A stretch of DNA of 64,000 nucleotides from Candidatus Nomurabacteria bacterium. GTDB taxonomy: Bacteria; Patescibacteriota; Saccharimonadia; Saccharimonadales; UBA7683. A program made the position numbers and the translations under genes. Below are positions 25,276-34,881 of the stretch, in pieces; within the stretch, counting starts at the first letter, position 1, and every line of letters begins with the position of its first letter. The notes below the pieces were generated by a model, which was given only the letters and a program-made list of their open reading frames with translations, had not been told where the DNA came from and did not search any database. Location: positions 109,534-173,533 of the forward strand of contig JACKGS010000002.1 in the NCBI GenBank assembly GCA_020631865.1, read 5' to 3'.

Positions 25276-25776
25276 ATGGATCAGTTTAGAAAACCGGCTT
25301 TAAAGCCTAAGGCAGTTGTTAATACCCAAGAGCGTGTCGTTGTTGCCCAGGAGCCGAATCGCTCAAAGTTGCCATATATAATAATTGCTGTGCTTTTGGT
25401 CGTAATAGTTTCTGCTATAGCGGTTGTGGCAAAAAAGAACTACATGGCTCATTCAAATACATTAGTTGGAGTAAAGGACGATAAATATCAAGCGTTATTT
25501 TTAACCAATGGCCAGGTGTACTTCGGTAAAATTAGTTTGGCAGGTAAAAATACAGTAAAGATAAATGATATCTACTATCTGCAAGTAGCGCAGAAAGTAC
25601 AGCCAGAAGATAGCAAGCAAGAAACACAAGCAACTGAACCTCAGTTGATTAAGCTGGGCGAAGAGTTACACGGTCCAGAAGACGAGATGTTTATTGAACG
25701 TTCGCAAGTTTCTTTTTGGGAGAATCTAAAAGATAATAGCAAGGTCGTTGAGGCTATCAAAGCTTATAAAAAATAG
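25276..25776 (+). CDS. hypothetical N-terminally anchored protein
   Basis: 166 aa. One TM helix (LPYIIIAVLLVVIVSAIAVVA). SD AGAGGAG. Confidence 0.65.
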   Translation: MDQFRKPALKPKAVVNTQERVVVAQEPNRSKLPYIIIAVLLVVIVSAIAVVAKKNYMAHSNTLVGVKDDKYQALFLTNGQVYFGKISLAGKNTVKINDIYYLQVAQKVQPEDSKQETQATEPQLIKLGEELHGPEDEMFIERSQVSFWENLKDNSKVVEAIKAYKK

Positions 25777-25799
25777 TAAGCATTTGCTATAATTTAATT

Positions 25800-26234
25800 A
25801 TGACAAAAACGGATCCATACATTACAAGAAAAGATTTAGATGAGGCTATGGATAAAGTTGTCTCTGGCATATCGGATGTTATTGCTGATCTCGCACATAA
25901 TATAGATCAAAGATTTGAAGGTGTCGATCAGAGATTCGAAAGCATTGATAAAAGATTCGAAAGCATTGATCAAAGATTCGATGGTGTTGAAAAAAGATTA
26001 GACAACATGGATATTAGAATGTCGCGTATAGAATACGACGTTTCTGATATTAAAACTGATATCGTACACTTGAAAGAATCACACGATAGACTGCTTAATA
26101 CCGTAGATAGATTCATTGGTAGAATTGAGAAGTATGAAACAGAACTTTCAGCAAGAGATTCCCAGTTCGAGAGACTATTAGATTGGGCTAAGAAGGTTTC
26201 TGTCAAAACCGGTATACCTCTAGAAGACTTTTAG
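25800..26234 (+). CDS. coiled-coil protein with six 7-residue (21-nt) tandem repeats
   Basis: IDQRFEG VDQRFES IDKRFES IDQRFDG VEKRLDN MDIRMSR. 144 aa. Confidence 0.65.
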   Translation: MTKTDPYITRKDLDEAMDKVVSGISDVIADLAHNIDQRFEGVDQRFESIDKRFESIDQRFDGVEKRLDNMDIRMSRIEYDVSDIKTDIVHLKESHDRLLNTVDRFIGRIEKYETELSARDSQFERLLDWAKKVSVKTGIPLEDF

Positions 26235-26241
26235 TAAGCAT

Positions 26242-28185
26242 TTAAAGAAGATTAATTGGGTCTAGGGTAAATTGCCAGCGCTGTGGAAGATTCTTGGCAA
26301 TTTCTACTAATGTAGACCTTCTTGATGAGCTGACGGTAAGCTGTTGATAGAACAATTTACCTCGATGCTCATGGAAAGCCGGCGATGGTCCACGTACGAA
26401 TATACCTTTATATTTTATCTTCAGTTCTTTTGTAAGTTTTTGTGCTGCATTTTCAGCAGTGGATACAGATGCATAGCCGGTTGTTAAATGAAGCAAGAAT
26501 GTGTGTGGTGGCATGTGTTCTGCGCTACGTTCATTAATTTCATAATCGTAAAATTTTCCATAATTTTGTTCACAAGCAAATTGAATTGCCGGATGATCTG
26601 GATTAAGTGTCTGGATTATTACATGGCTTTTATGCCCGCCTCTGCCAGCGCGACCGATTACCTGAGTGGTGAGTTGAAATGAGCGTTCGCAACTTGAATA
26701 ATCTGGGATAAATAATTCTGAATCTGCCTGAATAATACCAACGGTATTTAAGTGAGGAAGATCTAATCCTTTGGCGATGCCTTGAGTACCTATTATTATC
26801 TGAATTTTATTATCGTACAGGTCTTGGTATCTGTTATGAAGTTGTTCATTCTCCGGGGTGTCACCATCAAATCTTGCTACGACACTATCCGGAAATAGTT
26901 TAATAACTTCTGATTCAATTCGCTTGCTCCCAAAGCCCTTAAAGTCTATGTTTGGGCTTTTGCAATCTGGACATACTTGTGGTGGTCTTTGCGTCAGTCC
27001 ACAAGTATGACACTTCAAAATATTTTTGTCGTGATGAAGTCGAAAGGGTATGTGACAATTTTGACACTCGGCAGACCACCCACAGTCAGAGCACAGGCTC
27101 ATTCTAGCAGTTCCACGACGATTATGAAAAAGTAAAATTTGTTCGTTTTGGGTAATGGAATTATTCATCGCTTCTAGTAGTTTTTTGCTGAATAACTGAT
27201 GTGTTCCAAAAGAGCTTCTGTCTCGCATGTCCACAACTTCGATAGCGGTATTTCTTGCTTGAGTAGTATTATTTAAAGATATAACCGGCGTTCCGGTAGC
27301 TTGAGCAATAAAGTAGTCAGCTATGGCTGGTGTTGCACTGCCGAGCACTAATTTTGCATTTTTTTGTAGCTCAGCTAATTTTCTGGCAACTCGTAGAGTA
27401 GAATATTTTGGTTGTGAATCTTGGATATAGCTGGGCTCATGACACTCATCAATAATAATAAGTCCTAAGTTGGATATTGGCGCAAAAAGACTAGACCTTG
27501 GCCCAACAATTACCCAGGGATCTTCGGTGCCATTAAGTATTTGCCAATTTTTATGTCGCTGAGATTCTGTAAGCCCAGAATGTAAAACCAGCACTCTGTC
27601 ATGTAGCTGTTCAAATTCTGTTGCTAATTGTGGCGTTAAAGAAATCTCGGGTACCAAAACTAAAACACTTTTTTGTTCTTTGAGTATTTTTTTGGCTAGC
27701 TCTTGATAAACCCGTGTTTTGCCTGAGCCAGTTATGCCATGAAGTAGATGTGTAATAGAATTTGAATTTTCAATTTCCACTATGGCATTTTGCTGATCAC
27801 GTGTTAGCGTGTGTAGGGTTTCAGATCTTTTGATTTTCATAAAATTGTTTTCGGCGGTACGCCTCTTTTTGTCTAGGCCTTTTGGTAAAATTGACTGCAA
27901 AACTATAGAAAGCCTGGTGGCGTAAAATTCACTTATCCAAACAGCTAGATCAATTAAGTGCTTCGGAACGGCCTCATCCAATGTTTCATCTATATCTTTT
28001 GTTGCAAACCTGGGTTTTGAAGTAGTGTCGACAATTATCCCCAGCTTCTTTAGCTTCCCAAATGGAATACGCGCTACGGTACCAATGGTAATTTCTTTTT
28101 CAGAGCTATAAGTTAAAAGATCTTCACGTCCACCAATAACTCCAATCGGACAAACTAGATAGTAATTCACATATTCAAGTATCAA
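26242..28185 (-). CDS. priA: primosomal protein N' (replication restart helicase PriA)
   Basis: Walker A GITGSGKT, DExH-like IIDECHE, and the Cys-rich insertion CSDCGW..CQNC...CHTCG...CPDC. The start is uncertain (TTG 28185 or GTG 28170). Confidence 0.92.
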   Translation of the reverse strand: MILEYVNYYLVCPIGVIGGREDLLTYSSEKEITIGTVARIPFGKLKKLGIIVDTTSKPRFATKDIDETLDEAVPKHLIDLAVWISEFYATRLSIVLQSILPKGLDKKRRTAENNFMKIKRSETLHTLTRDQQNAIVEIENSNSITHLLHGITGSGKTRVYQELAKKILKEQKSVLVLVPEISLTPQLATEFEQLHDRVLVLHSGLTESQRHKNWQILNGTEDPWVIVGPRSSLFAPISNLGLIIIDECHEPSYIQDSQPKYSTLRVARKLAELQKNAKLVLGSATPAIADYFIAQATGTPVISLNNTTQARNTAIEVVDMRDRSSFGTHQLFSKKLLEAMNNSITQNEQILLFHNRRGTARMSLCSDCGWSAECQNCHIPFRLHHDKNILKCHTCGLTQRPPQVCPDCKSPNIDFKGFGSKRIESEVIKLFPDSVVARFDGDTPENEQLHNRYQDLYDNKIQIIIGTQGIAKGLDLPHLNTVGIIQADSELFIPDYSSCERSFQLTTQVIGRAGRGGHKSHVIIQTLNPDHPAIQFACEQNYGKFYDYEINERSAEHMPPHTFLLHLTTGYASVSTAENAAQKLTKELKIKYKGIFVRGPSPAFHEHRGKLFYQQLTVSSSRRSTLVEIAKNLPQRWQFTLDPINLL

Positions 28186-28209
28186 GTATCAAGTATCAAG
28201 TATCAAGTA
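28175..28209. repeat. perfect heptamer tandem array (TCAAGTA)x5
   Basis: Five exact 7-nt units overlapping the annotated priA start, in the priA / wHTH-gene divergent region. Confidence 0.9.
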
Positions 28210-28321
28210 TCTCAATAGTATTGCGCTAAGAATCATCATTATCAAACACCCTATGTAAATGGGTCAAAATTGTGAAATATTGTACTTTCAACAATAATGA
28301 ACGTGGTATAATTGAATAGTA

Positions 28322-28600
28322 ATGTTAGACACGTTTATTACATCAAGAGTGAGACGCAAAATCATAATTGTTTATGCTAAATATCCAGATTTTAAAACTC
28401 ATGTTAGAGGTTTGGCTAAACTTATACGTGAAGATGCCGGTAATATACAACGTGAACTAAAAAAGCTGGAGAAGATTGGATTTTTGCATTCTGAAAAGAA
28501 GGGTAATAGCAAAGTTTATTCGACAAACAAGCAGTTCATTATCTTTAAAGAACTTCAGAACATTGTCTTAAAATCACAACGAGCCGGCCAAACAAAATAG
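28322..28600 (+). CDS. small winged-helix transcriptional regulator
   Basis: 92 aa. LAKLIREDAGNIQRELKKLEKIGFL...KVY fits a wHTH recognition helix plus wing. Confidence 0.6.
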   Translation: MLDTFITSRVRRKIIIVYAKYPDFKTHVRGLAKLIREDAGNIQRELKKLEKIGFLHSEKKGNSKVYSTNKQFIIFKELQNIVLKSQRAGQTK

Positions 28601-28626
28601 AGCCGGCAGTTAGGGCAGGAATTTGA

Positions 28627-29022
28627 GTGATGAGTAATCAATTACACAGAGTATGTATCAAGGCTCTTATTAAAGATGGCGATAAGATACTATTGGCACG
28701 TGAACCTACTGGTGTTTGGGATTTGCTAGGTGGTGGCATAGAGGGCACGGAATCTCCGCTAGAGTGTCTTGTGCGTGAGATTAAGGAAGAGTCTGGAATT
28801 GATTTAAAATCTTACACTACCCAACCAAGCTTCTTTTTTACATCACTCAGCAACAGAGGAAGCCCGGTCGCAGTAGCTGTTTACGAAGTGGAGCTGGCGT
28901 CTATGAATTTTCGACCTTCTGAAGAATGTGAGGAGTTGCGTTTTATCGCAAAGAGCCATGTGGATACTTTGAAAATCTCACCAAGTGCTAAAAAACTCAT
29001 CGAATTGATTCAAGATGCTTGA
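28627..29022 (+). CDS. NUDIX hydrolase
   Basis: Nudix box GGGIEGTESPLECLVREIKEESGI. ATG 28630 is the likely start. Confidence 0.85.
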   Translation: MMSNQLHRVCIKALIKDGDKILLAREPTGVWDLLGGGIEGTESPLECLVREIKEESGIDLKSYTTQPSFFFTSLSNRGSPVAVAVYEVELASMNFRPSEECEELRFIAKSHVDTLKISPSAKKLIELIQDA

Positions 29023-29055
29023 ATATCCGATACATCTGTAGTAGAATATTTTGGT

Positions 29056-29271
29056 ATGATTCAAGTAACAAGAAAAGACAACAAAGAAGGTCTAGAAAAC
29101 CTTATTCGCCGTTTCAATCGCAAGGTTGCATCTGCAGGTATTATTACCACTATGAAGAATGGTGAATTTTTTACTAAACCAATTAGTAAAGTTGAGCGAC
29201 GTAAAAAAGCAATTATTAGAAAAGCTCGTAAATCTGAAAAGATGAAGCGAATTCGCTTAGGTCAGAGGTAG
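29056..29271 (+). CDS. rpsU: 30S ribosomal protein S21
   Basis: 71 aa and basic. Has LIRRFNRKV...FTKPISKVERRKKAI.RKARK. Followed by the yqeY-like gene, a conserved pairing. Confidence 0.8.
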   Translation: MIQVTRKDNKEGLENLIRRFNRKVASAGIITTMKNGEFFTKPISKVERRKKAIIRKARKSEKMKRIRLGQR

Positions 29272-29273
29272 CC

Positions 29274-29732
29274 ATGTCGTTAAAACTGCGTATTGAAGCC
29301 GATATTAAATCGGCCATGCTTTCTCGTGAGCAATTTATTGTCGAAACTCTTAGGACAGTTAAAGGTGTAATTCTTAATGAAGAGGTGGCCAAGGGTGTTC
29401 GAGATGCAGGTTTAGACGATGCTTCAATAGAGAGTCTGCTGGCAAAAGAGGTTAAAAAGAGGCATGAAGCTGCTGAACTATTTGAAAAAGGTGGAAATTC
29501 TGAGTCGGCTAAAAAAGAACTTAAAGAAGCCGAGCTTCTACAGGCATACTTGCCGAAACAGCTTTCTGAAGAAGAAATAAAATCAGTCATAGATTCAGTT
29601 ATTTCTGAAACTGGAGCTAGCTCTGCTGGGCAGATGGGACAAGTGATCGGTGGCGTTAAAGCCAAAGTCGGTAATCAGGCAGACGGCGCGCTTATTGCAC
29701 GGTTGGTGAAGCAGATGCTTGCACAAGACTAG
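29274..29732 (+). CDS. GatB/YqeY domain protein
   Basis: Has IKSAMLSRE...TLR, AYLPKQLSEEEI and GQMGQVIGGVKAKVGNQADG. Confidence 0.85.
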   Translation: MSLKLRIEADIKSAMLSREQFIVETLRTVKGVILNEEVAKGVRDAGLDDASIESLLAKEVKKRHEAAELFEKGGNSESAKKELKEAELLQAYLPKQLSEEEIKSVIDSVISETGASSAGQMGQVIGGVKAKVGNQADGALIARLVKQMLAQD

Positions 29733-30185
29733 AAATACGTAATAAGAAAAAAGAAATATGGGAAAACAAAACGAACTAAAAGCATTTCAAGATCTAACAG
29801 TATGGCAAGAAAGTAGAAAACTGTTCTTTATAATTTATAAATTAACTAAACAGTTTCCAAAAGAAGAGGTTTTTAGTTCAGTTTCACAGATGCGTAGATC
29901 TTCTATGTCCATCTCGTCTAATATTGCAGAAGGATTTGGAAGGTCATCAATAGCGGATAAGTTACATTTTTATATTATGGCTCGTGGGTCTTTGACAGAA
30001 TTGCAAAATCAAATAATACTTACTGGAGATGTTGGTTTGATTACAGCAGAAAATATAAAAATAGCACTTGAACAAGCTGAAATAACCCATAAACTGGTAG
30101 TAGGTTTAATTAAAGTAACTGAACGGAGAAAACAATGAAGCGAAGTCCATTTTTCATATTTCATTTTTCATATTCCTCTTCTCTC
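29732..30185 (+). other. four-helix-bundle gene cassette bracketed by heptamer-periodic arms
   Basis: The 5' arm AGAAATACGTAATAAGAAAAAAGAAATATGG contains the ATG. The 3' arm is CCATTTTTCATATTTCATTTTTCATATTCCTC. By hand, about 22 of 31 positions can pair across the ORF. Confidence 0.6.
29758..30138 (+). CDS. four-helix-bundle protein ('23S rRNA intervening-sequence protein' family)
   Basis: 126 aa. Family-typical FxDLxVWQ, QMRRSSxSISSNIAEG.GR and ARGSL.EL. Confidence 0.85.
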   Translation: MGKQNELKAFQDLTVWQESRKLFFIIYKLTKQFPKEEVFSSVSQMRRSSMSISSNIAEGFGRSSIADKLHFYIMARGSLTELQNQIILTGDVGLITAENIKIALEQAEITHKLVVGLIKVTERRKQ

Positions 30186-30199
30186 ATGGGAGACTTCCG

Positions 30200-30754
30200 A
30201 TGATAATATTTTTCGGACCTGCTGGGGCGGGTAAAAGTGTACAGGGTCAATTATTGGCGGCTCGATATGGTTGGAGATGGCTTTCTGCGGGACAATTACT
30301 TAGAGATACCAGAGACCCTCAGCTTTTAAAAGAGATGCAAAGCGGTGGTTTGGCTAATAGCGAAAAGGTTAATGAAATCTTTGAAGATGCTTTAATAAAG
30401 GCTAAAGATATAGATGGCGTTATATCTGATGGTTTTCCGAGAGAGCTTAGTCAGGCAAAGTGGTTAGTAGATGCACTGCCAAAGCACGAACGTTCAATAG
30501 CATTGGTTGTCGTGTTGGAGGTTCCGCGTTCAGAAATCGACAACCGTCTTAAGTTAAGAGGTAGAGCTGATGATACCCCAGATGCCATAGAGCAAAGATT
30601 GAGTATTTATAGGCAAGAAGTCTACCCAATCTTAAATTACTTTGCCGAAAAAGGTTTAAAAATAGCACATATAGACGGAACGGGTTCGGTTGGCCAGGTA
30701 CATGACCGCGTTGTTTCTGAGCTTCAAGCAATTAATCTAAATCCAGCGGTATAA
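30200..30754 (+). CDS. adk: adenylate kinase (short form, no Zn lid)
   Basis: P-loop GPAGAGKS, then DGFPR and RxDD. Followed by map, as in spc-operon ends. Confidence 0.85.
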   Translation: MIIFFGPAGAGKSVQGQLLAARYGWRWLSAGQLLRDTRDPQLLKEMQSGGLANSEKVNEIFEDALIKAKDIDGVISDGFPRELSQAKWLVDALPKHERSIALVVVLEVPRSEIDNRLKLRGRADDTPDAIEQRLSIYRQEVYPILNYFAEKGLKIAHIDGTGSVGQVHDRVVSELQAINLNPAV

Positions 30755-30765
30755 CAGAGATTTTT

Positions 30766-31515
30766 ATGCAGACAAAAGTTAAAACACAACAAGAGATTAA
30801 AGATATACGCGTATCGGGTCAGATGTTGGCTCAAGTTTTGGCTTATTTAAAGCCAAGGACAGTAGTGGGTATAACTACTAAAGAACTTGCTGATATAGCT
30901 GCTAAAGAACTACAAAAACTGGGTGGCAAGCCGGCCTTTCTAGGATACGGAGGATTTCCTGATGTAATTTGTATTTCACGCAATGAAGAAGTGGTGCATG
31001 GTATTCCAGGGCTAGAGGTGGTTGAAGATGGTGATTTAGTAAGCCTGGACTTCGGCGTGGATTATAACGGCATGATTACAGACTCTGCAATTACAGTATT
31101 AGCAGGCAATTCAACAGGCGAAAAAAGAAAGCTTTTAAAGGGCACGGAAGAGGCATTGATGGCCGGTGTTAATGTAGTTAAAAATGGGGTCAAGACTGGT
31201 GATATTGGAGCAGCGGTTGAAAAAGTGATGTTGCAATACGGCTTTGGTATTGTTCGAGATCTAGTAGGTCACGGTGTTGGGCATAATGTCCACGAAGAGC
31301 CAGATATCCCAAATTATGGTGTTGTCGGCACTGGCAAGGCCTTGCAAACTGGTATGACCATCGCAATAGAACCAATGAGCACACTCGGTAGCGAGCGGGT
31401 GGTATTAGATAAAGACGGCTGGACAATTAGTACTTACGATAAATCTCTAAGCGCTCACTTTGAGCACACAGTCTTAATTTTAGAAGACTCCGCAGAAATC
31501 CTCACCCTAGCTTAA
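30766..31515 (+). CDS. map: methionine aminopeptidase type I
   Basis: Metal-ligand context VHGIP, DFGV..NGMITD, HGVGH, IEPM and FEHT. Confidence 0.93.
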   Translation: MQTKVKTQQEIKDIRVSGQMLAQVLAYLKPRTVVGITTKELADIAAKELQKLGGKPAFLGYGGFPDVICISRNEEVVHGIPGLEVVEDGDLVSLDFGVDYNGMITDSAITVLAGNSTGEKRKLLKGTEEALMAGVNVVKNGVKTGDIGAAVEKVMLQYGFGIVRDLVGHGVGHNVHEEPDIPNYGVVGTGKALQTGMTIAIEPMSTLGSERVVLDKDGWTISTYDKSLSAHFEHTVLILEDSAEILTLA

Positions 31516-31570
31516 TTGATTTTATGGATGTTGTTGCGGAAAATACTCCATAAGCGTTATACTAGCTGTT

Positions 31571-32812
31571 ATGAATGAACATCAACAAACGGCGGTAGGT
31601 ATTGATATTGGTACCACAAATATTCGCTGTGTAATCGGGTTAGTAAAAGAAGATTTAACTGTTAACGTTGTGGGGGTTGGCGAGGCACCAAACAACGGTT
31701 TCAGAAAAGGCTCGGTAGTTAATATTACTGAAACTGCCAACGCTTTAGATCAAGCGATAGCAAATGCAGAAAGAATGGCGGGTTTACAGGTTGGAAGCGC
31801 GACAGTTAACATTAATGGAACACATATCAAAGGTGTGGATTCTAAGGGAATTATAGCAATCTCTGGTAGTGAAGTTACGCAAGAAGATTTGTACAGGGCT
31901 GAAGATGCATCAACGGTACTTCAGATACCACAGCATCATGAAATTCTGAGTGTCTTCCCAAGATCTTATACGGTTGATGGCCAAGATAATATTAAAGACC
32001 CTGTTGGCATGAGCGGCACAAGATTAGAAGTGGATGCTCATGTTGCAACTGTTTCGGCGCCAGCTTTGAAAAACCTAGAGAAAGTACTAGAAGTTACGGA
32101 TACTCATATTAATAGAATAAGTGTTGGTAGCCTGGGTTCGGCACACGCAACTGTAACGGCCGAGCAAAAAGAAAATGGTGTTGCGGTGTTGGATATTGGC
32201 GCTACCACTACTAATTTAATTGTTATTGAAGATGGTGATGTTCAACATGTTGCAGTGGTGCCTATTGGAGGAAATCAGATTACTAACGATTTAGCTATCG
32301 GGCTTAGGACGGATTTGAATATTGCAGAAGCGGTCAAGCGAAACTATAAATATTTGGCTACGCCTGGTAAAACTAGACCAAAGCACGTCAAGGTACTGGT
32401 TTCTGGAAAAGAGCATGTCTTCCCGACAAAAGATATAGAACTAGTTATTACAGCAAGGCTAGCAGAGCTATTTGAGTTGGTAGATAAAGAGCTTGCCAAG
32501 ATCAGGCGATCTAAAAAATTGCCCGGAGGGATTAATATTACTGGAGGAACAGCCTCTTTGCCTGGTATCGATGTTATCGCCAAAGAAGAGTTGGCGCTTT
32601 CTACAAGAGTTACACTTCCAAGAGGTATAGCTGGGCTGAAAGAGAAGGTTTCAAAGCCTGAATACGCAACTAGTGTAGGTTTGATGTTACTTGATGTACA
32701 TAAAGATGAAGATGGTTCATACGGTGGCCGAGGTATTGGTGGCAGGTTGCAACATGGCGCCGATCAAGCTAGATCGTTATTTAAGCAGATCGCAGGGCGA
32801 CTAGGCTTTTAG
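31571..32812 (+). CDS. ftsA: cell division protein FtsA
   Basis: Actin-fold motifs GIDIGTT and VLDIGATTT. Lies upstream of ftsZ. Confidence 0.9.
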   Translation: MNEHQQTAVGIDIGTTNIRCVIGLVKEDLTVNVVGVGEAPNNGFRKGSVVNITETANALDQAIANAERMAGLQVGSATVNINGTHIKGVDSKGIIAISGSEVTQEDLYRAEDASTVLQIPQHHEILSVFPRSYTVDGQDNIKDPVGMSGTRLEVDAHVATVSAPALKNLEKVLEVTDTHINRISVGSLGSAHATVTAEQKENGVAVLDIGATTTNLIVIEDGDVQHVAVVPIGGNQITNDLAIGLRTDLNIAEAVKRNYKYLATPGKTRPKHVKVLVSGKEHVFPTKDIELVITARLAELFELVDKELAKIRRSKKLPGGINITGGTASLPGIDVIAKEELALSTRVTLPRGIAGLKEKVSKPEYATSVGLMLLDVHKDEDGSYGGRGIGGRLQHGADQARSLFKQIAGRLGF

Positions 32813-33010
32813 TAGAACTTAGTAACATTTATTTTATAATTTTTATTGAGCATTGTGCCTAAAGCAGGTCTTGTTGAGTAATAAATTTTTTACAATGTAC
32901 ACTAAAGTTATTCGTGTTCACATCTGTGAAATATACAAATATTATTGAAGTTTGATTTTACTAGTAGATACATTATATACTGAATAATATAAGTAAGTGG
33001 GGGAGATATT

Positions 33011-34288
33011 GTGCCAGAAGTAAAGCCTGCAGAAATTCAAGCGTTTGCATCAATCAAAGTTATTGGAGTTGGTGGTGCTGGTGGCTCAGCAGTTAATAGA
33101 ATGGTTCAAGCTGGACTGAAGGGCGTTCAGTTTGTAGCCGTAAACACAGATGCTCAGGCGCTGTTTCATTCTGATGCAGCGATGAAGATTCATATCGGTA
33201 AAGATGCTACTCGTGGACTTGGTGCTGGCGCCGACCCTAGTGTTGGGCAGAGGGCAGCCGAGGAATCTGAAGCAGAAATAAAAGAAGCATTAAATGGTGC
33301 TGATATGGTGTTTATTACTCTTGGTGCAGGTGGCGGAACCGGAAGTGGTGCTGCGCATGTTGTAGCTAAAGTTGCTCAGGAGATGGATATCTTAACAGTA
33401 GGTGTGGCGACAAGGCCATTTGCCTTTGAGGGCGAAAGACGCCGAAAGAATGCCGAGTTTGCAATTGAAACTCTTTCTAAATACGTTGATACCCTAATTA
33501 CAATACCTAACGACAGGCTGTTGCAGACTATCGATAGAAACACGCCCTTAGTTGAGGCATTTACCGTTGCTGATGATGTTTTGCGTCAAGGTGTTCAGGG
33601 TATCTCAGATTTAATTACCGAACACGGGTTAATAAACCTTGACTTTGCTGATGTAAAATCTGTTATGAAGCAGGCTGGCTCTGCTTTGATGGGTATTGGT
33701 CATGGTACTGGTGAAAATAGGGCAGTGATAGCTGCTCAGCAAGCCATAGAGTCGCCATTGCTAGAGGTTTCTATAGATGGTGCTAGAGGAGTGGTCTTTA
33801 ATATTACTGGCGGAAGCGATCTTTCAATGCATGAAGTCAATGAGGCGGCAGAGGTTATTACGGCTGCAGTTTCTCCAGATGCCAACATTATTTTTGGTGC
33901 AACTATCAAGCCAGAGCTTCAAGATAGAATAGAGATAACAGTTATTGCGACTGGCTTTGATGCCTCGTATTTTAATAAGCGAAACTCAAGTGTTGTTGAA
34001 TCTGCGGAAGAAGAGAGCAGCTTATCTGGCGATATTACCGACGTAGATGAAGATGTTGAAACTATAAATATGGATGAAGATAGGGCTTCTGAAATTGCTG
34101 GAGATCACATCGATGAAGAATCAACGCCTTTCCATAAAACTGAAGATGTTCCTAGCGAAAATATATGGGCTAGTGAAGATGATGACAAAAAAGATGAGTC
34201 AGAGAGTGATATCCCAGCCTTCTTAAGAAGATTCAGGCGTAAGAAAACAGATGAGAAACAAGTCGAAGGCGAGTCGACCGAAAATTAA
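33011..34288 (+). CDS. ftsZ: cell division protein FtsZ
   Basis: GTG start with SD GGGGGAG. Has [13 protein letters not shown], tubulin signature GGGTGSGAA and NTDAQAL. Acidic tail ending DIPAFLRR. Confidence 0.96.
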   Translation: MPEVKPAEIQAFASIKVIGVGGAGGSAVNRMVQAGLKGVQFVAVNTDAQALFHSDAAMKIHIGKDATRGLGAGADPSVGQRAAEESEAEIKEALNGADMVFITLGAGGGTGSGAAHVVAKVAQEMDILTVGVATRPFAFEGERRRKNAEFAIETLSKYVDTLITIPNDRLLQTIDRNTPLVEAFTVADDVLRQGVQGISDLITEHGLINLDFADVKSVMKQAGSALMGIGHGTGENRAVIAAQQAIESPLLEVSIDGARGVVFNITGGSDLSMHEVNEAAEVITAAVSPDANIIFGATIKPELQDRIEITVIATGFDASYFNKRNSSVVESAEEESSLSGDITDVDEDVETINMDEDRASEIAGDHIDEESTPFHKTEDVPSENIWASEDDDKKDESESDIPAFLRRFRRKKTDEKQVEGESTEN

Positions 34289-34419
34289 CATTACAAAAAA
34301 TCTACTATTTTAGTATTGCAACTACACTAGCATTAGCGTTATACTAAAGTAGAGATACGCTACAGCTGGGGTAGTTGGAATGTATCTAGAATATTAAATA
34401 ACTAACGTGGAGTACCAAA

Positions 34420-34881
34420 TTGAAGTGTCCAAACTGCCAGATTGACGATTCGAAAGTGATTGAATCACGTGATGTTGCAAGTGGTGATAGTATCAGAAGG
34501 CGCCGTGAGTGCGAAACATGTGGACATCGATTTACGACATACGAAAGAGTCGAAAGACCAAATCTAGTTGTTGTAAAAAAAGATGGAGTCAGAGTAATCT
34601 TTGACAGACAAAAAGTTCTTGCTGGCATAGAGCGTGCATCTGAAAAAACTTCAATTACAGGCCCACAGCGTGAAGAGATTGTTGCAAGGATCGAACGAGC
34701 ATTGTACGATTTAGGTAAGCCAGAAGTGAGGGCTGAACAAATAGGCGAGCTAGTTATGGATGAGCTTGCAAAGGCTGATGAAGTTGCATATGTTCGCTTT
34801 GCAAGTGTCTACAGACACTTTACAAGCATCAAAAGCTTCGAAGAAGGTCTAAGTGTCTTAAAAGCACGTAAAAGTAAATAA
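34420..34881 (+). CDS. nrdR: transcriptional repressor NrdR
   Basis: TTG start. Zn ribbon MKCPNC...CETCGHRF followed by an ATP-cone. Confidence 0.92.
   Translation: MKCPNCQIDDSKVIESRDVASGDSIRRRRECETCGHRFTTYERVERPNLVVVKKDGVRVIFDRQKVLAGIERASEKTSITGPQREEIVARIERALYDLGKPEVRAEQIGELVMDELAKADEVAYVRFASVYRHFTSIKSFEEGLSVLKARKSK

Noticed and set aside
29216-29665. 149-aa ORF antisense to the yqeY-like gene.
   Set aside because: It is a shadow ORF, low-complexity S/A-rich, fully inside a well-supported sense gene.
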